From Deltaproteobacteria bacterium (lineage in GTDB: Bacteria > Desulfobacterota > Desulfobulbia > Desulfobulbales > JAJRZW01), in the NCBI GenBank assembly GCA_024275015.1, contig JAJRZW010000016.1, forward strand, positions 76,275-140,274: a stretch of DNA of 64,000 bases. Reading direction: 5' to 3'. Below are positions 9,934 through 19,461 of the stretch, piece after piece. The position numbers and the translations under genes were made by a program. The stretch's first letter is position 1. Each line of letters opens with the position of its first letter. Below the pieces are notes generated by a model. It was not told the origin of the DNA. It made no database searches and saw only the letters and a list, made by a program, of their open reading frames with translations.

Positions 9934-10653
9934 ATGACTATGGTTAAAAGCAAAAGGAGCAACACCATGATTGAGGTCGTTAATCTGGAAAAAGACTATC
10001 GCCTTGAAGGGGAAACCATCAAGGCGGTCGACAATATCAACTTCAAGGTAGATCAGGGGGAGTTCATGGCCATCCTCGGTCACTCGGGCAGCGGCAAGAC
10101 CACCCTGCTTAACCTCCTTGGCGGTCTCACCCGCCCCACCCACGGAACGGTAAAGATAGAAGGCCAGGACATCTGGGATCTTTCCGATAACCAGTTATCA
10201 GAGATGCGTAATGAAAAGATGAACTTCATCTTTCAGTTCGCGAGCCTGATCCCGACCCTGAACGTCATCGACAATATCCTTCTCCCCACCGCTTTTGGCA
10301 AAAAAAGAGAACGAAAACATTACGACCACGCCATGGAACTTCTGGGCATAGTCGGCCTCACGGAAAAAGGCCAGGCATACCCGGCTCAGCTCTCCGGCGG
10401 CCAGCAGCGGCGGGTGGCCATCGCCCGCGCCTTTATCAACGCCCCCAAAATAATATTGGCCGACGAGCCCACCGGCGATCTTGACGAAAAGACCGAGCAG
10501 GAGATGGTCAACCTCTTCCGGAAAATGAACCAGGAAGAGAATACCACCTTTATCATTGTCACCCACAGTTCAAGCCTCGCGGCCCAGACCGATCGACAGA
10601 TGCGGATGACCAGCGGCAGGCTTGAAGCAGAGCCCAACGGCTGCCCCCAATGA
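9934..10653 (+). CDS. ABC transporter ATP-binding protein (LolD/MacB-like)
   Basis: GHSGSGKT, LSGGQQRR, ILADEPTG; start may be ATG 9967. Confidence 0.95.
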   Translation: MTMVKSKRSNTMIEVVNLEKDYRLEGETIKAVDNINFKVDQGEFMAILGHSGSGKTTLLNLLGGLTRPTHGTVKIEGQDIWDLSDNQLSEMRNEKMNFIFQFASLIPTLNVIDNILLPTAFGKKRERKHYDHAMELLGIVGLTEKGQAYPAQLSGGQQRRVAIARAFINAPKIILADEPTGDLDEKTEQEMVNLFRKMNQEENTTFIIVTHSSSLAAQTDRQMRMTSGRLEAEPNGCPQ

Positions 10654-12344
10654 CCGCGATTGTTTTTTTCATCACCGGCATTCTCTTTTTCATGGTGCCG
10701 CATTTCCTTCTCCCCATGGATCTCCTCTCCGGAGGACGGGGGGCATGGCTGTTAAGTGACTGCTCATTCCAGTTTCATCCGGAGACTGTAAGCGGTATCA
10801 TCCTCATTCTGGCCGCGATTTTGAGAATGAAGGGGAAAAATGGATCCGTGGCGGCGTTGCTCGCCGCCGCCATTGCTCTAACCCAGGCCGCGATCATGCG
10901 GCCGTTGAGTTTTTATCTCCACAGCGAAGAAAACCTGGTCATCCTCGGCCAGACCTACTCCATGCGCGGCCACAGTCATATCCGCGAGACCCTGGTTTTT
11001 CTTGGCATGATCATCGTGGTAACCGTAATTGTCGATATATTGCTACGCCGGCGGACACGATGGACAATCAGTCTCTTTAACCTCTCGCTCAGCAATATCA
11101 TGCGAAAACTGTTTCGCTCAACCGCCCTTGTCCTCGCCCTGAGCGTGGTCATCGGCGCCTTTTTTGCCGATGTTCTCCTGACCGACAGTATTAGCAACAC
11201 CCTTGAGCTTGGCGCCGGCCGCCTCGGCGCCGATCTGGTGGTGGTCCCGAAAACCGCGGAAAAAGAGGCCCGCGAGGTCCTGATCAACGGCACCCCGCAC
11301 ATATTCAATCTTGACCGCGGGATCCTTGAAACTCTTAAAAAATGGCCGGAAATCGAAAAAATATCACCGCAACTATTCTTCCGCCCCTTCTCATACCTGG
11401 TATGCTGCACCACCGAGCAGGTTCTGGTGGTAGGATATGACCCGAAAACCGATTTCACCATCGCCCCCTGGGTCAATTATTTCCTCCATAAACGCCAGAA
11501 AAACAACGAAATCGTGGTCGGGGCCAGGGTAAAATTTTACCCTGGACAGCAAATATCTCTCTTCGGCAACCGCCTCGCGGTGGTCGCCTCTCTTGATCCC
11601 GCCGGCATTGGTTATTTTGATCGCAGCGCCTTTATCCCCATGACAGGGGCACAGGAACTGATAGAGTCCCTGAAGGATACGGAAAAAGAAGGCCGGTTGC
11701 ATAAAAGAAAAAACATGAACGATCTCTCTCTGACCCATCTCTTTGATTCCCCGACTGTCCAGAAAAAACAGCTGGCCGAGGTTAATCCCCATGGAATTTC
11801 AGTGCTCATGGTAAAATGTCGTGACGGTGTCGCGGTGAAGAAAATCGCGGCCCGAATCGAAAAGGAACTGCCCTCCACCGCGGTGGTCAACGTTCGGGCC
11901 GCGACCATCTCGGTGAAACGACAGTTGACATCCATGCTCGACGCATTTTTCCTGCCGATCATCATCCTCATGGGCATGGGCACGGTTATCCTTGCGGTGG
12001 TCTTTTCCATGAGCGCCAACGAAAGAAAACGCGAGGTCGGTCTCCTGCGGGCCATGGGGGCAAAGGAAAGAGATATATTCACCCTCTTCCTCCGCGAGGC
12101 GATAATGATCTCCATCCTTGGCGGGACATTCGGGGTATTGGGAGGAGGGTCTATTATCATCCTGTTTAAAAACAGACTCATGGCCACCCTGAACCTGCTA
12201 TACATCTGGCCCCAAGCCGCAACAGTGGCCGAGGTGATCATCATTACCCTGGCCGCGAGTGTATTAATCGGTATAATTGCCGGTCTTTTTCCGGCGATCA
12301 GGGCCGCCCGTCAGGAACCATATGAATCCTTCCGCGCCAATTAA
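10650..12344 (+). CDS. MacB/LolE-type ABC permease with CC motif and extra N-terminal membrane domain (DUF4418-like, tentative)
   Basis: About 140-aa hydrophobic N-extension; RLGADLVVVP, LVCCT, NERKREVGLLRAMGA. Confidence 0.85.
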   Translation: MTAIVFFITGILFFMVPHFLLPMDLLSGGRGAWLLSDCSFQFHPETVSGIILILAAILRMKGKNGSVAALLAAAIALTQAAIMRPLSFYLHSEENLVILGQTYSMRGHSHIRETLVFLGMIIVVTVIVDILLRRRTRWTISLFNLSLSNIMRKLFRSTALVLALSVVIGAFFADVLLTDSISNTLELGAGRLGADLVVVPKTAEKEAREVLINGTPHIFNLDRGILETLKKWPEIEKISPQLFFRPFSYLVCCTTEQVLVVGYDPKTDFTIAPWVNYFLHKRQKNNEIVVGARVKFYPGQQISLFGNRLAVVASLDPAGIGYFDRSAFIPMTGAQELIESLKDTEKEGRLHKRKNMNDLSLTHLFDSPTVQKKQLAEVNPHGISVLMVKCRDGVAVKKIAARIEKELPSTAVVNVRAATISVKRQLTSMLDAFFLPIIILMGMGTVILAVVFSMSANERKREVGLLRAMGAKERDIFTLFLREAIMISILGGTFGVLGGGSIIILFKNRLMATLNLLYIWPQAATVAEVIIITLAASVLIGIIAGLFPAIRAARQEPYESFRAN

Positions 12345-12386
12345 TTATATGACGGAGTTACGAGACCATCTATATAAGGAGAAAAA

Positions 12387-13355
12387 ATGCGCTACCCCGC
12401 CGTTATACTGACCATAACCCTTCTTCTCCTCAGCGCCTGCAGTCAGGAGGATGAAGCCTCGTACACCCCGCCAAGGTATACCGCCACAGTATACGCCCTA
12501 GCCGCATCCGACCACATAGCCGTCCTTCACCTTAAAGACAATAAACTCGAACAAATCAAACTGGATCGGGAGGGGGCGGATCTCGCCACCGTTGACGGTC
12601 GGCTATTTATCCTCTCCACCGACGGAGCCGTCGCCGAGATAAGGAACCTGATCGTTGGTAAATGGACCCGGGTCAGCGATCACGGCGTTTCCCTGGCGAT
12701 GAAAGACAAAAACACCCTTCTGGTTCTCGGCCGGACAGAGATATGCCTGTATAAACCCGGCAGCGGAGTAAAACAGCGGGTAGCCCTGAAAAAAAGGGCA
12801 AGCGCGATCAGCTTTGACCGGCAAAAGAACCTGATCTGGGCCATCGACCGCAAAGGCAGCCGGGCATTCAGCCTCAACGGTGATAGTTTCAAGCTGGTTA
12901 AAAAGATTGACGGCATCGGCAATTCCCCCCACCACGCCCTGTCCTTTCCGGGTACCAACGAGATCTGGGTCGCCGAGGGTAACGAGTTTATGAACGGCAA
13001 ACCATACGGGGTCGGCTATGCCGGAAACGGAGTGGCGGCAAGCGGAGGGATCAACGTGGTTGACACCATAAACGGCCGCCAGACCGATTTCATCATCGTC
13101 GGCGGCAATGTTGTGGATCTCACTCTCTCGGCGGACAAGAAAAAAATATATGTCGCCACCAGCCAGTACCCCGAATATCTCGATGCGACCATGACGGTTG
13201 TTGACCCTGAACAACGGCGGGGAAAGGCCGAGTTCCGCCTCTGCCTCTACTGCCATGAAGAGCACAACGTCGAGCCCAAGGATGGCAGGGCCATAGTCCG
13301 AGCCATGGCGGTTGTCGAGCCTTTGGTGAAGCCCGTCTCCGGGAAGAAACCATGA
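12387..13355 (+). CDS. lipoprotein beta-propeller with CxxCH, paralogue of 7138-8178
   Basis: Lipobox LSAC; shared EGNE.xNGKP.GVGY...GG motif; CLYCH. Confidence 0.8.
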   Translation: MRYPAVILTITLLLLSACSQEDEASYTPPRYTATVYALAASDHIAVLHLKDNKLEQIKLDREGADLATVDGRLFILSTDGAVAEIRNLIVGKWTRVSDHGVSLAMKDKNTLLVLGRTEICLYKPGSGVKQRVALKKRASAISFDRQKNLIWAIDRKGSRAFSLNGDSFKLVKKIDGIGNSPHHALSFPGTNEIWVAEGNEFMNGKPYGVGYAGNGVAASGGINVVDTINGRQTDFIIVGGNVVDLTLSADKKKIYVATSQYPEYLDATMTVVDPEQRRGKAEFRLCLYCHEEHNVEPKDGRAIVRAMAVVEPLVKPVSGKKP

Positions 13356-13879
13356 AAGTCGGCGCCGTCATCATTCTTGTCGCCATCGTTGTCGCCTTTG
13401 CCTCACCGCAACAGGCAACAGCGGTAATTCCACCATGGGAGATCGAAGGGCTCAAGAACAAACCGGCCCCGGAATTTTCGGCCAAAGACGTCGCAGGCAA
13501 CAATCATATTCTGAAAGAATACCGCGGCAGGGTGGTGCTTATAAACTTCTGGGCCACCTGGTGTTCCCCCTGTCGCCGTGAAATGCCTTCCCTGATAAAA
13601 CTTTACCATAAATACAATAACCAGGGGCTTGTCCTGCTCGCGGTGAGCGTCGATGAACAGCGGCGGGCGGTAGAAAACTTCACCCGCAAGCTACCCCTGC
13701 CCTTTCCGGTGATTTCCGACCCGGAGGAAAAGATATCATCCCACTACAAGGTCTTTGCCTACCCGACCTCATTCCTCATCGACAGGAACGGCATAATCAG
13801 GAAAATAATCACCGGTGAACGCGACTGGCTGGCTCCGGAGTTCACCGCCAGGCTTGAAAAAATGATGGGAGTGGACTGA
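13352..13879 (+). CDS. TlpA/ResA-like thiol-disulfide oxidoreductase
   Basis: INFWATWCSPCRREMP; YPTSFLID. Confidence 0.93.
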   Translation: MKVGAVIILVAIVVAFASPQQATAVIPPWEIEGLKNKPAPEFSAKDVAGNNHILKEYRGRVVLINFWATWCSPCRREMPSLIKLYHKYNNQGLVLLAVSVDEQRRAVENFTRKLPLPFPVISDPEEKISSHYKVFAYPTSFLIDRNGIIRKIITGERDWLAPEFTARLEKMMGVD

Positions 13880-13880
13880 T

Positions 13881-13960
13881 GATGAACTCGTAACAACTCC
13901 CCGCCCGGCGGCCCGGAAATCGCCGTTTTCAGCCGGAGCGGGGAGTTATTACGAATCCAT
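13881..13960. mobile_element. MITE family B, short copy
   Basis: GATGAACTCGTAACAA...TTATTACGAATCCAT with internal GGAAATCGCCGTTTTC. Confidence 0.75.
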
Positions 13961-13991
13961 AATTACTTTTTACAGGACCATAAGGAAGCCC

Positions 13992-14537
13992 ATGAAGAAA
14001 AAAAACCTGCTCATAATTATCATCGCCCTGGCGATCGTCGTTGCCGTCAGCGGACGATGGGAAACTGTCGGCAATAGTGAAATCGCGGCCCGAACCTCCA
14101 TCTTCGGCCCGATATCGACCTATGGCCCCGGCGATAAGGTTTTTGTCCTCCCCGGGGTCTATAAACTACTCCGATTCAAGGCCGAGGCGGTGAATATTGA
14201 TCTCAGCGGTGACGCAGCCATAATGATTGGCACCGGAGCTACCAGGAAGACAGTGGAATGCCAGATTGCCTACACCCTCAGCGACCCGGCGGCACTGATA
14301 AAAAAATTCGGCATCACCCCGCCGGGGGGAGAAATCAAGACGGAGATAAAAAAAATCATCAGCAGCGAACTTTACGCCGCAGCAAAGACCGACAAGGATT
14401 TCATGGGCACCATACCATCCAGGGTCCTTCTGACCGCCAGACTGCTGGATACCCTGAGCCAAAGACTTAATCCGGTGGGGATAAAACCACAAAGCCTCAA
14501 CCTGCGCCTGCGGAAAGACGCAAAAAAGCCGGCCTGA
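13992..14537 (+). CDS. membrane-anchored hypothetical protein (SPFH/band-7-like, tentative)
   Basis: N-terminal TM, RBS TAAGGA. Confidence 0.65.
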   Translation: MKKKNLLIIIIALAIVVAVSGRWETVGNSEIAARTSIFGPISTYGPGDKVFVLPGVYKLLRFKAEAVNIDLSGDAAIMIGTGATRKTVECQIAYTLSDPAALIKKFGITPPGGEIKTEIKKIISSELYAAAKTDKDFMGTIPSRVLLTARLLDTLSQRLNPVGIKPQSLNLRLRKDAKKPA

Positions 14538-14555
14538 GGCAACCGGCCGGCTTTT
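14524..14555. terminator. bidirectional terminator-like hairpin
   Basis: AAAAGCCGGCC/GGCCGGCTTTT between convergent genes. Confidence 0.6.
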
Positions 14556-14570
14556 GAAACAAACAAGGCC

Positions 14571-14667
14571 GTTGGCCTCGCAATAGCGGGCCAACGGCAA
14601 TTGCGTCTATAACTTGTTGAAATTACATGAATCCTGTTCCGTTTACGATACTTGTTACGACTTCATC
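14571..14667. mobile_element. MITE family B, subtype 2
   Basis: GTTGGCCTCGCAATA...TTGTTACGACTTCATC; close relative at 16850-16950. Confidence 0.8.
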
Positions 14668-14682
14668 AAGTTTGCGGCAAGC

Positions 14683-15069
14683 TTACCAGCTTTTGCTAAG
14701 CTTCGCCTTGACCGTGGGAGCGGTAGCACCGGACGGAGTCTCTGCGGTTGAAACCCAGATGGAATAACTGCCGGTAATGCTGTTAAGGCTCGATCCCGAA
14801 ATCGTCCACCCCTCCGGCAACTCTTCCATGGCCGCCACCAGAGTGTTGGCGTCACTTATGGCGGTGGTTTTACTCGGGCTGAAAAGCCTTGAAGCAAAAT
14901 TAACCGCAGCGGCGGCAGAGGCGCCGCCGTAAACTCCATCAGCCGCCGCCCTGGCCGCCTCGGTACGCAGGTCCTGATATTTCGGTACCGCAACCGCGGC
15001 CAGAAGCCCGAGGATAACAATTACCATCACCAGTTCAATCAAGGTAAAACCACGATTATTCCTCAACAT
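14683..15069 (-). CDS. type IV prepilin (MshA-like)
   Basis: G|FTLIELVMVIVILGLLAAVAVPKY prepilin motif; RBS GGAGG. Confidence 0.9.
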   Translation of the reverse strand: MLRNNRGFTLIELVMVIVILGLLAAVAVPKYQDLRTEAARAAADGVYGGASAAAAVNFASRLFSPSKTTAISDANTLVAAMEELPEGWTISGSSLNSITGSYSIWVSTAETPSGATAPTVKAKLSKSW

Positions 15070-15269
15070 GAATACCGCCTCCCTCTTTAGGGCACCTTTT
15101 AGACGTACCTTTTCATCCGACAACTGCGTCAACACCGAAACAGCTCACATAATCTATGAAAATGATATGCTTTCATATTTCGGAGCCCCTTTGTTCCCGG
15201 ACAAAAAATAAAAAAGGTATCCGTTAGTAAGATTTAACAACAGCCGTCCTTTCTACCTTATTATTTACC

Positions 15270-15483
15270 TGGATCCGTGACGGCTTAGTGGCAACCGAGT
15301 ATGTATTCATCTGAATTCATGCGTTTTTTGCCGGATTTTCACTCCGGCGGGAATTTCACCCCGCCGCCCTTCGGGCGTCCGGGAACGACTCATCCGCGGT
15401 GTCGGCAACCCGTTGATATACCGAAGTATAATCAACGTGCTTGCCTCCTTGCGCCTGCGCCGTTCCCGAACGTCACGGATCCA
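15270..15483. mobile_element. MITE family C, full-length
   Basis: 13-bp perfect TIR TGGATCCGTGACG; relatives at 44087-44190, 45276-45329, about 27279 and 36960. Confidence 0.75.
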
Positions 15484-15634
15484 AGTATTTAATAATATCA
15501 CATGGTTCATTGATAAAAGCAAAAAAAACCGCCTTATTGCTTTTTCCCGACGACCAAACTATCCTATTCGCCCATCAAACACATTCCATATTGCGCCTGT
15601 TCCAGCCATAAATCATCGTCTTGAGGAAAAAGAG

Positions 15635-16525
15635 ATGGACCTGCATCACCTGAGAATATTCACCACTGTTTACGGTTGCGGCAGCTTTACCGGCGCGTCA
15701 AAAAAATTAGCCATCAGCCAGCCGACCATAAGCGAACACATAAAGAACCTTGAGACAGAACTGTGTCTCACCCTCTTTGACCGGCTGGGTCGTTCGATAA
15801 AACCCACGGACGCGGCCCGAAGCCTTTTCCCCAGAGCCTTGAAAATAATTGACGACCTCGATTCCCTGAAAAATGATCTACAGCAGCAGGGCGACCCACT
15901 GGCCGGAGAACTGACCATTGGCGCCAGCACCATTCCCGGGGAATATATTCTCCCGGGGATAGCGGCAAAATTTAAAAGAAAAAACGAACTGGTAAGATTC
16001 AACGTCGAAGTCCACGATTCCGCTGATATCTGCCGGATGGTCGCCGGACACGAAGTGATTATCGGCATCGTCGGCGCCAGGAGTCAGGACAAACACCTGA
16101 ACTTCAGGGCGGTATTCAACGACGAGCTTCTGCTTGTGGCCCCGGCAACAACAGGGTATCCCGACCAAATCACTATTGCAGACTTACGCGATCTGCCATT
16201 CATCTGTCGCGAGGAGGGATCAGGGACCCAAAAAAGCGTTGCCAGGATATTGGCAGCCCATGGGGTCGAGGTGGAAAGACTGACAAAAACGGCTACCCTG
16301 GGTTCAAGCACCGCGGCCAAGGAGGCGGTAAAAGCCGGGCTCGGGGTGGCGATAATATCCTCCCTCGCCATCAGGGACGAGCTTGACTCCCGACGGATGA
16401 AAAAAATCACGGTCAAAGGCCTTGAGATGAAAAGACGATTCTTCCTGGTTACCCACCGCAAACGCACTCTCCCCCACCTCTATCAGGCCTTCATCACCTC
16501 CATTAAACACGACCTGAAACCGTGA
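15635..16525 (+). CDS. LysR-family regulator (selenium metabolism-associated/CysL-like)
   Basis: HTH SFTGASKKLAISQPTIS; IGASTIPGEYILP; REEGSGT. Confidence 0.88.
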   Translation: MDLHHLRIFTTVYGCGSFTGASKKLAISQPTISEHIKNLETELCLTLFDRLGRSIKPTDAARSLFPRALKIIDDLDSLKNDLQQQGDPLAGELTIGASTIPGEYILPGIAAKFKRKNELVRFNVEVHDSADICRMVAGHEVIIGIVGARSQDKHLNFRAVFNDELLLVAPATTGYPDQITIADLRDLPFICREEGSGTQKSVARILAAHGVEVERLTKTATLGSSTAAKEAVKAGLGVAIISSLAIRDELDSRRMKKITVKGLEMKRRFFLVTHRKRTLPHLYQAFITSIKHDLKP

Positions 16526-16532
16526 GGGGCAG

Positions 16533-16681
16533 CAGTCCGTTGAAAAACGGACTGTACGCGGCTGATGTCCGCGCCGCCGATTTTGCCGGGTTGAAAACCC
16601 CGGTGAAATCGAGAGGTTGGCCGGAACTTGTTTTGGCCAACCGGGAGTTTAAAAAGCCAGGACGGCTTTTTCAACAGTCTG
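16533..16681. mobile_element. MITE family A, long copy
   Basis: TIR CAGTCCGTTGAAAAA...TTTTTCAACAGTCTG. Confidence 0.9.
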
Positions 16682-16849
16682 ATAAAGGTATAAATCAAAC
16701 AACCGCGTTTAATCTCAGCCACAGCCGTCACTGATTCAAACCTTGTTCCAGGGTATCAGGCTATCCAGACCCGCTGCCGTCTTTTCCGGATCAAAAACGA
16801 AAACTCGATTTAATTGGAAATTATTTTTTTATGCTTATATATAAATATT

Positions 16850-17091
16850 GTTGGCCTCGCAATAAATTGCGGGCCAACGGCAATTGCGCTTATAGCTTAT
16901 TGAAATTACGTGGACCCGCTTCCGTTTGAGATATTTGTTACGAGTCCATCATCAATATTGATGGTCTCGTAATTCCCCGCGGAGGCGTCTTCGGCGATTT
17001 TCGGGAAAAGCGCCGAAGACGGGATGGGTTACCAGTCCGTTGAAAAACGGACTGGTAAATGATGAATCCGTAACAAGTTCGATATACAAGG
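16850..17091. mobile_element. tandem MITE mosaic: B subtype 2, B left half with A terminal hairpin, and an E end
   Basis: Segments 16850-16950, 16960-17056 and 17061-17091 each match other copies. Confidence 0.75.
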
Positions 17092-17120
17092 AGTAGCACA
17101 TTTATGAAGAGGAGAACAAG

Positions 17121-17276
17121 ATGAATGGCAACATAATCGTGGCCCTTATCGTAGTATTCGCTGCCCTTTTCACTATCAGGGGAATCATGAAGTGTGTCAG
17201 TGGAGAAAGCGACTGCTGCGGATGCCCTGACAACAAAAAATGCAAAAATGAAAAAAATCCCTGTGGGCCTGTATGA
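17121..17276 (+). CDS. small Cys-rich membrane protein (FeoB-associated type), 51 aa
   Basis: RBS GAGGAG; MNGNIIVALIVVFAALFTIRG...DCCGCPDNKKC..NPC; not in the ORF track. Confidence 0.75.
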   Translation: MNGNIIVALIVVFAALFTIRGIMKCVSGESDCCGCPDNKKCKNEKNPCGPV

Positions 17277-17293
17277 CCCGGGATTACCGCATA

Positions 17294-17441
17294 AAGGCCG
17301 TTGAAAAAACAGACTTGTGCGGCGCATGTACGCGTCGATGATTTCACCGGATTGAAAAACCCGGTGAAATCGAGAGGCTGGCCGAAACTTTCTTGGCCAA
17401 CCAGAGTTGAAAAAGCCATGAACGGCTTTTTCAACCGTCTG
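17294..17441. mobile_element. MITE family A, long diverged copy
   Basis: Homology to other A copies. Confidence 0.85.
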
Positions 17442-17674
17442 TTTGACTGCCCCGCCCCGCCTGCTATATAATTTCCCGTACGGATTTAAACAATATTGTC
17501 ATTAAAATCTATCCTGGGAAACTCAGAATTTTCGTTCCAGAACAAGAAACGCCAAACTCAAAAAGCGCATTACCCCACAGCGGGATGAGCATTTTTATTT
17601 TGGGGTTGACATCGTAATGAAGCAAAAAAACATTTTATCAAAACAGCCTTAAATCTCATCAGGAAGGATCTACC

Positions 17675-17863
17675 ATGGAAGGTGGTTTCAAGGAAGGTTG
17701 GTACTCTCATCAAAGCATGGGATTGATCAAGGTATTCCAGAACCGGAACGATGCCTGGGTATATCAGTGCTACACCACTAACGGCACCAAAGCCCTGTCC
17801 CGGGAACGCCCAATGGACAGCTGGATCTGGGCTCTGAGCCAAGAGGCCCCGGAACAACACTAA
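17675..17863 (+). CDS. small hypothetical protein
   Basis: RBS AGGAAGG; protein-like, Trp-rich composition; upstream TTGACT-18-TATAAT at 17443-17472. Confidence 0.7.
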   Translation: MEGGFKEGWYSHQSMGLIKVFQNRNDAWVYQCYTTNGTKALSRERPMDSWIWALSQEAPEQH

Positions 17864-17881
17864 CCCCTCCTGACCTCGATT

Positions 17882-19093
17882 TCACCCGGGATTAAACGCC
17901 GCCAACGCCTTCTTCAGCCGGACCATCCCCTGCTGCAGAACATCCATTGAAGTGGCAAAGGAGAAGCGAACGTGAGCGTCGGAGCCGAACGCGGCCCCGG
18001 GGACAGTGGCCAGCAGGGCCTCGTCAAGCAGGTATTCACTCATGGCCACCGATCCGTCAATGCGTCGCTCCCCGGCCTTGCGGCCATAATAAGCACTGAA
18101 ATTGGGGAACACATAAAAGGCGCCGATGGGCTCAACACAAGTAACTCCGTCCATGGCGGCAAATTCCCCCAACAGATAGTCAAGTCGTTCACGAAAGGCA
18201 ACGGTCATCATTGCCGCGAAATCATGACCGCCGGCAACCGCGGCCAGGGCAGCCTTCTGGGCCACCGATGAAGGGTTGGAGGTAGACTGGCTCTGAATCT
18301 TGTTCATCGCCGCGATGATATGGGCCGGTCCCAGGGCATAGCCAATGCGCCAGCCGGTCATGGCGTAAGATTTCGACACCCCGTTTAAAATCATAACCTG
18401 ATCGGTAAGTCCTGGATCAGCATCGAGAATATGGGACGGCATCCCGTCAGCATAATAAATAGTGTCGTAGATATCATCGCTTATCACTACCCAGTTATTC
18501 TCCCGGGCCATGGCGGCAATGGCGCCCAGAGAGTCAAGGGAAAGCACCGAGCCGGTGGGATTGGAGGGGCTGTTAATGATAATTCCCCGGGTCCGGTCAG
18601 TGACGTATTGCTTTAATATCTCCGGATCAAGGTCAAAATTCTTATCTTCCGACAGGGGAACGATAACCGGCCTGGCCCCGGCAAGCATGATAATCGCCGG
18701 ATATGACACCCAGTAGGGAGCAAGAACAAGAACCTCGTCGCCGGGACCGAACAGGGCCTGGGCCATATTATAAAGCCCGTGTTTACCGCCGCAGGATACC
18801 TGAACCTGGTCCGGGGTGTAATTCCAGCCATGTTCGGCGGCATAATTCTTAACAATCTCTTCACGCAGCTCGACAATCCCCGGAACCGGAGTATAACGGG
18901 TGAAACCGTCGTCAATGGCCCTTTTCCCGGCAGCGCAGACCCATTCCGGAGTACCGAAATCAGGCTCACCCACGCTGAAATTAAGGACATCCGCCCCCTT
19001 GGCCCGCAGGGCCTTGGCCTTGGCATTAACCGCCAGGGTCGGGGAGGGTTCTATCTGTGAAAGCCGCTCTGCAAGATTGATCTTTTCGTTCAT
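17882..19093 (-). CDS. PLP-dependent aminotransferase class I (aspartate aminotransferase)
   Basis: GEPDF, NSPSNPTG, SKSYAMTGWRIGY. Confidence 0.93.
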   Translation of the reverse strand: MNEKINLAERLSQIEPSPTLAVNAKAKALRAKGADVLNFSVGEPDFGTPEWVCAAGKRAIDDGFTRYTPVPGIVELREEIVKNYAAEHGWNYTPDQVQVSCGGKHGLYNMAQALFGPGDEVLVLAPYWVSYPAIIMLAGARPVIVPLSEDKNFDLDPEILKQYVTDRTRGIIINSPSNPTGSVLSLDSLGAIAAMARENNWVVISDDIYDTIYYADGMPSHILDADPGLTDQVMILNGVSKSYAMTGWRIGYALGPAHIIAAMNKIQSQSTSNPSSVAQKAALAAVAGGHDFAAMMTVAFRERLDYLLGEFAAMDGVTCVEPIGAFYVFPNFSAYYGRKAGERRIDGSVAMSEYLLDEALLATVPGAAFGSDAHVRFSFATSMDVLQQGMVRLKKALAAFNPG

Positions 19094-19125
19094 TACACAC
19101 TTGCTCCTGTCAGGATATAAAAACT

Positions 19126-19461
19126 GATGCTCTCATAACAAATCGCCATGAAGGCGTCTTCGGCAACTTTCGGAAAAGCACCTAAGACGGGATGCGTTAA
19201 CAGTCCGTTAAAAAACGGACTGTTAACGGTGCATGGACGCGCCGCCGATTTTATTGGGTTTGAAAAAAACAATAAAATCGAGAGATTGGCCAGAACTTGT
19301 TTTAGCCAACCGGGGGTTGAAAAAAAGCAGGACGGCTTTTTCAACAGCCTGTTAAGAAATCCCGCATGTTTCAGGGCATAATCCAAGTTCGGGATTTCAG
19401 CAGCCCGGCGCCCGGAAATCGCCGTTTTCTCCCCGGAGCTGGAACTTGTTACGACGCCATC
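19126..19461. mobile_element. MITE B carrying nested MITE A (19201-19351)
   Basis: B flanked by AAAACT direct repeats; A flanked by TTAA direct repeats. Confidence 0.9.

Noticed and set aside
15070-15260. c-di-GMP riboswitch upstream of the pilin
   Set aside because: GEMM consensus elements not recognisable
16483-16734. Small similar ORFs (SPLKNGL..., LKKPSWLF...) also at 19093, 36759, 41345, 49911, 53115, 58089, 60725
   Set aside because: Translations of MITE sequence in inconsistent frames with no RBS
17274-17294. TGA of the Cys-rich peptide as selenocysteine
   Set aside because: Read-through adds only about 5 residues; no clear SECIS or redox motif
19197-19355. Family A as integron attC sites (TAAC...GTTA ends)
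   Set aside because: Ends are explained by variable 4-bp TSDs; copies flank housekeeping genes in both orientations; no integrase
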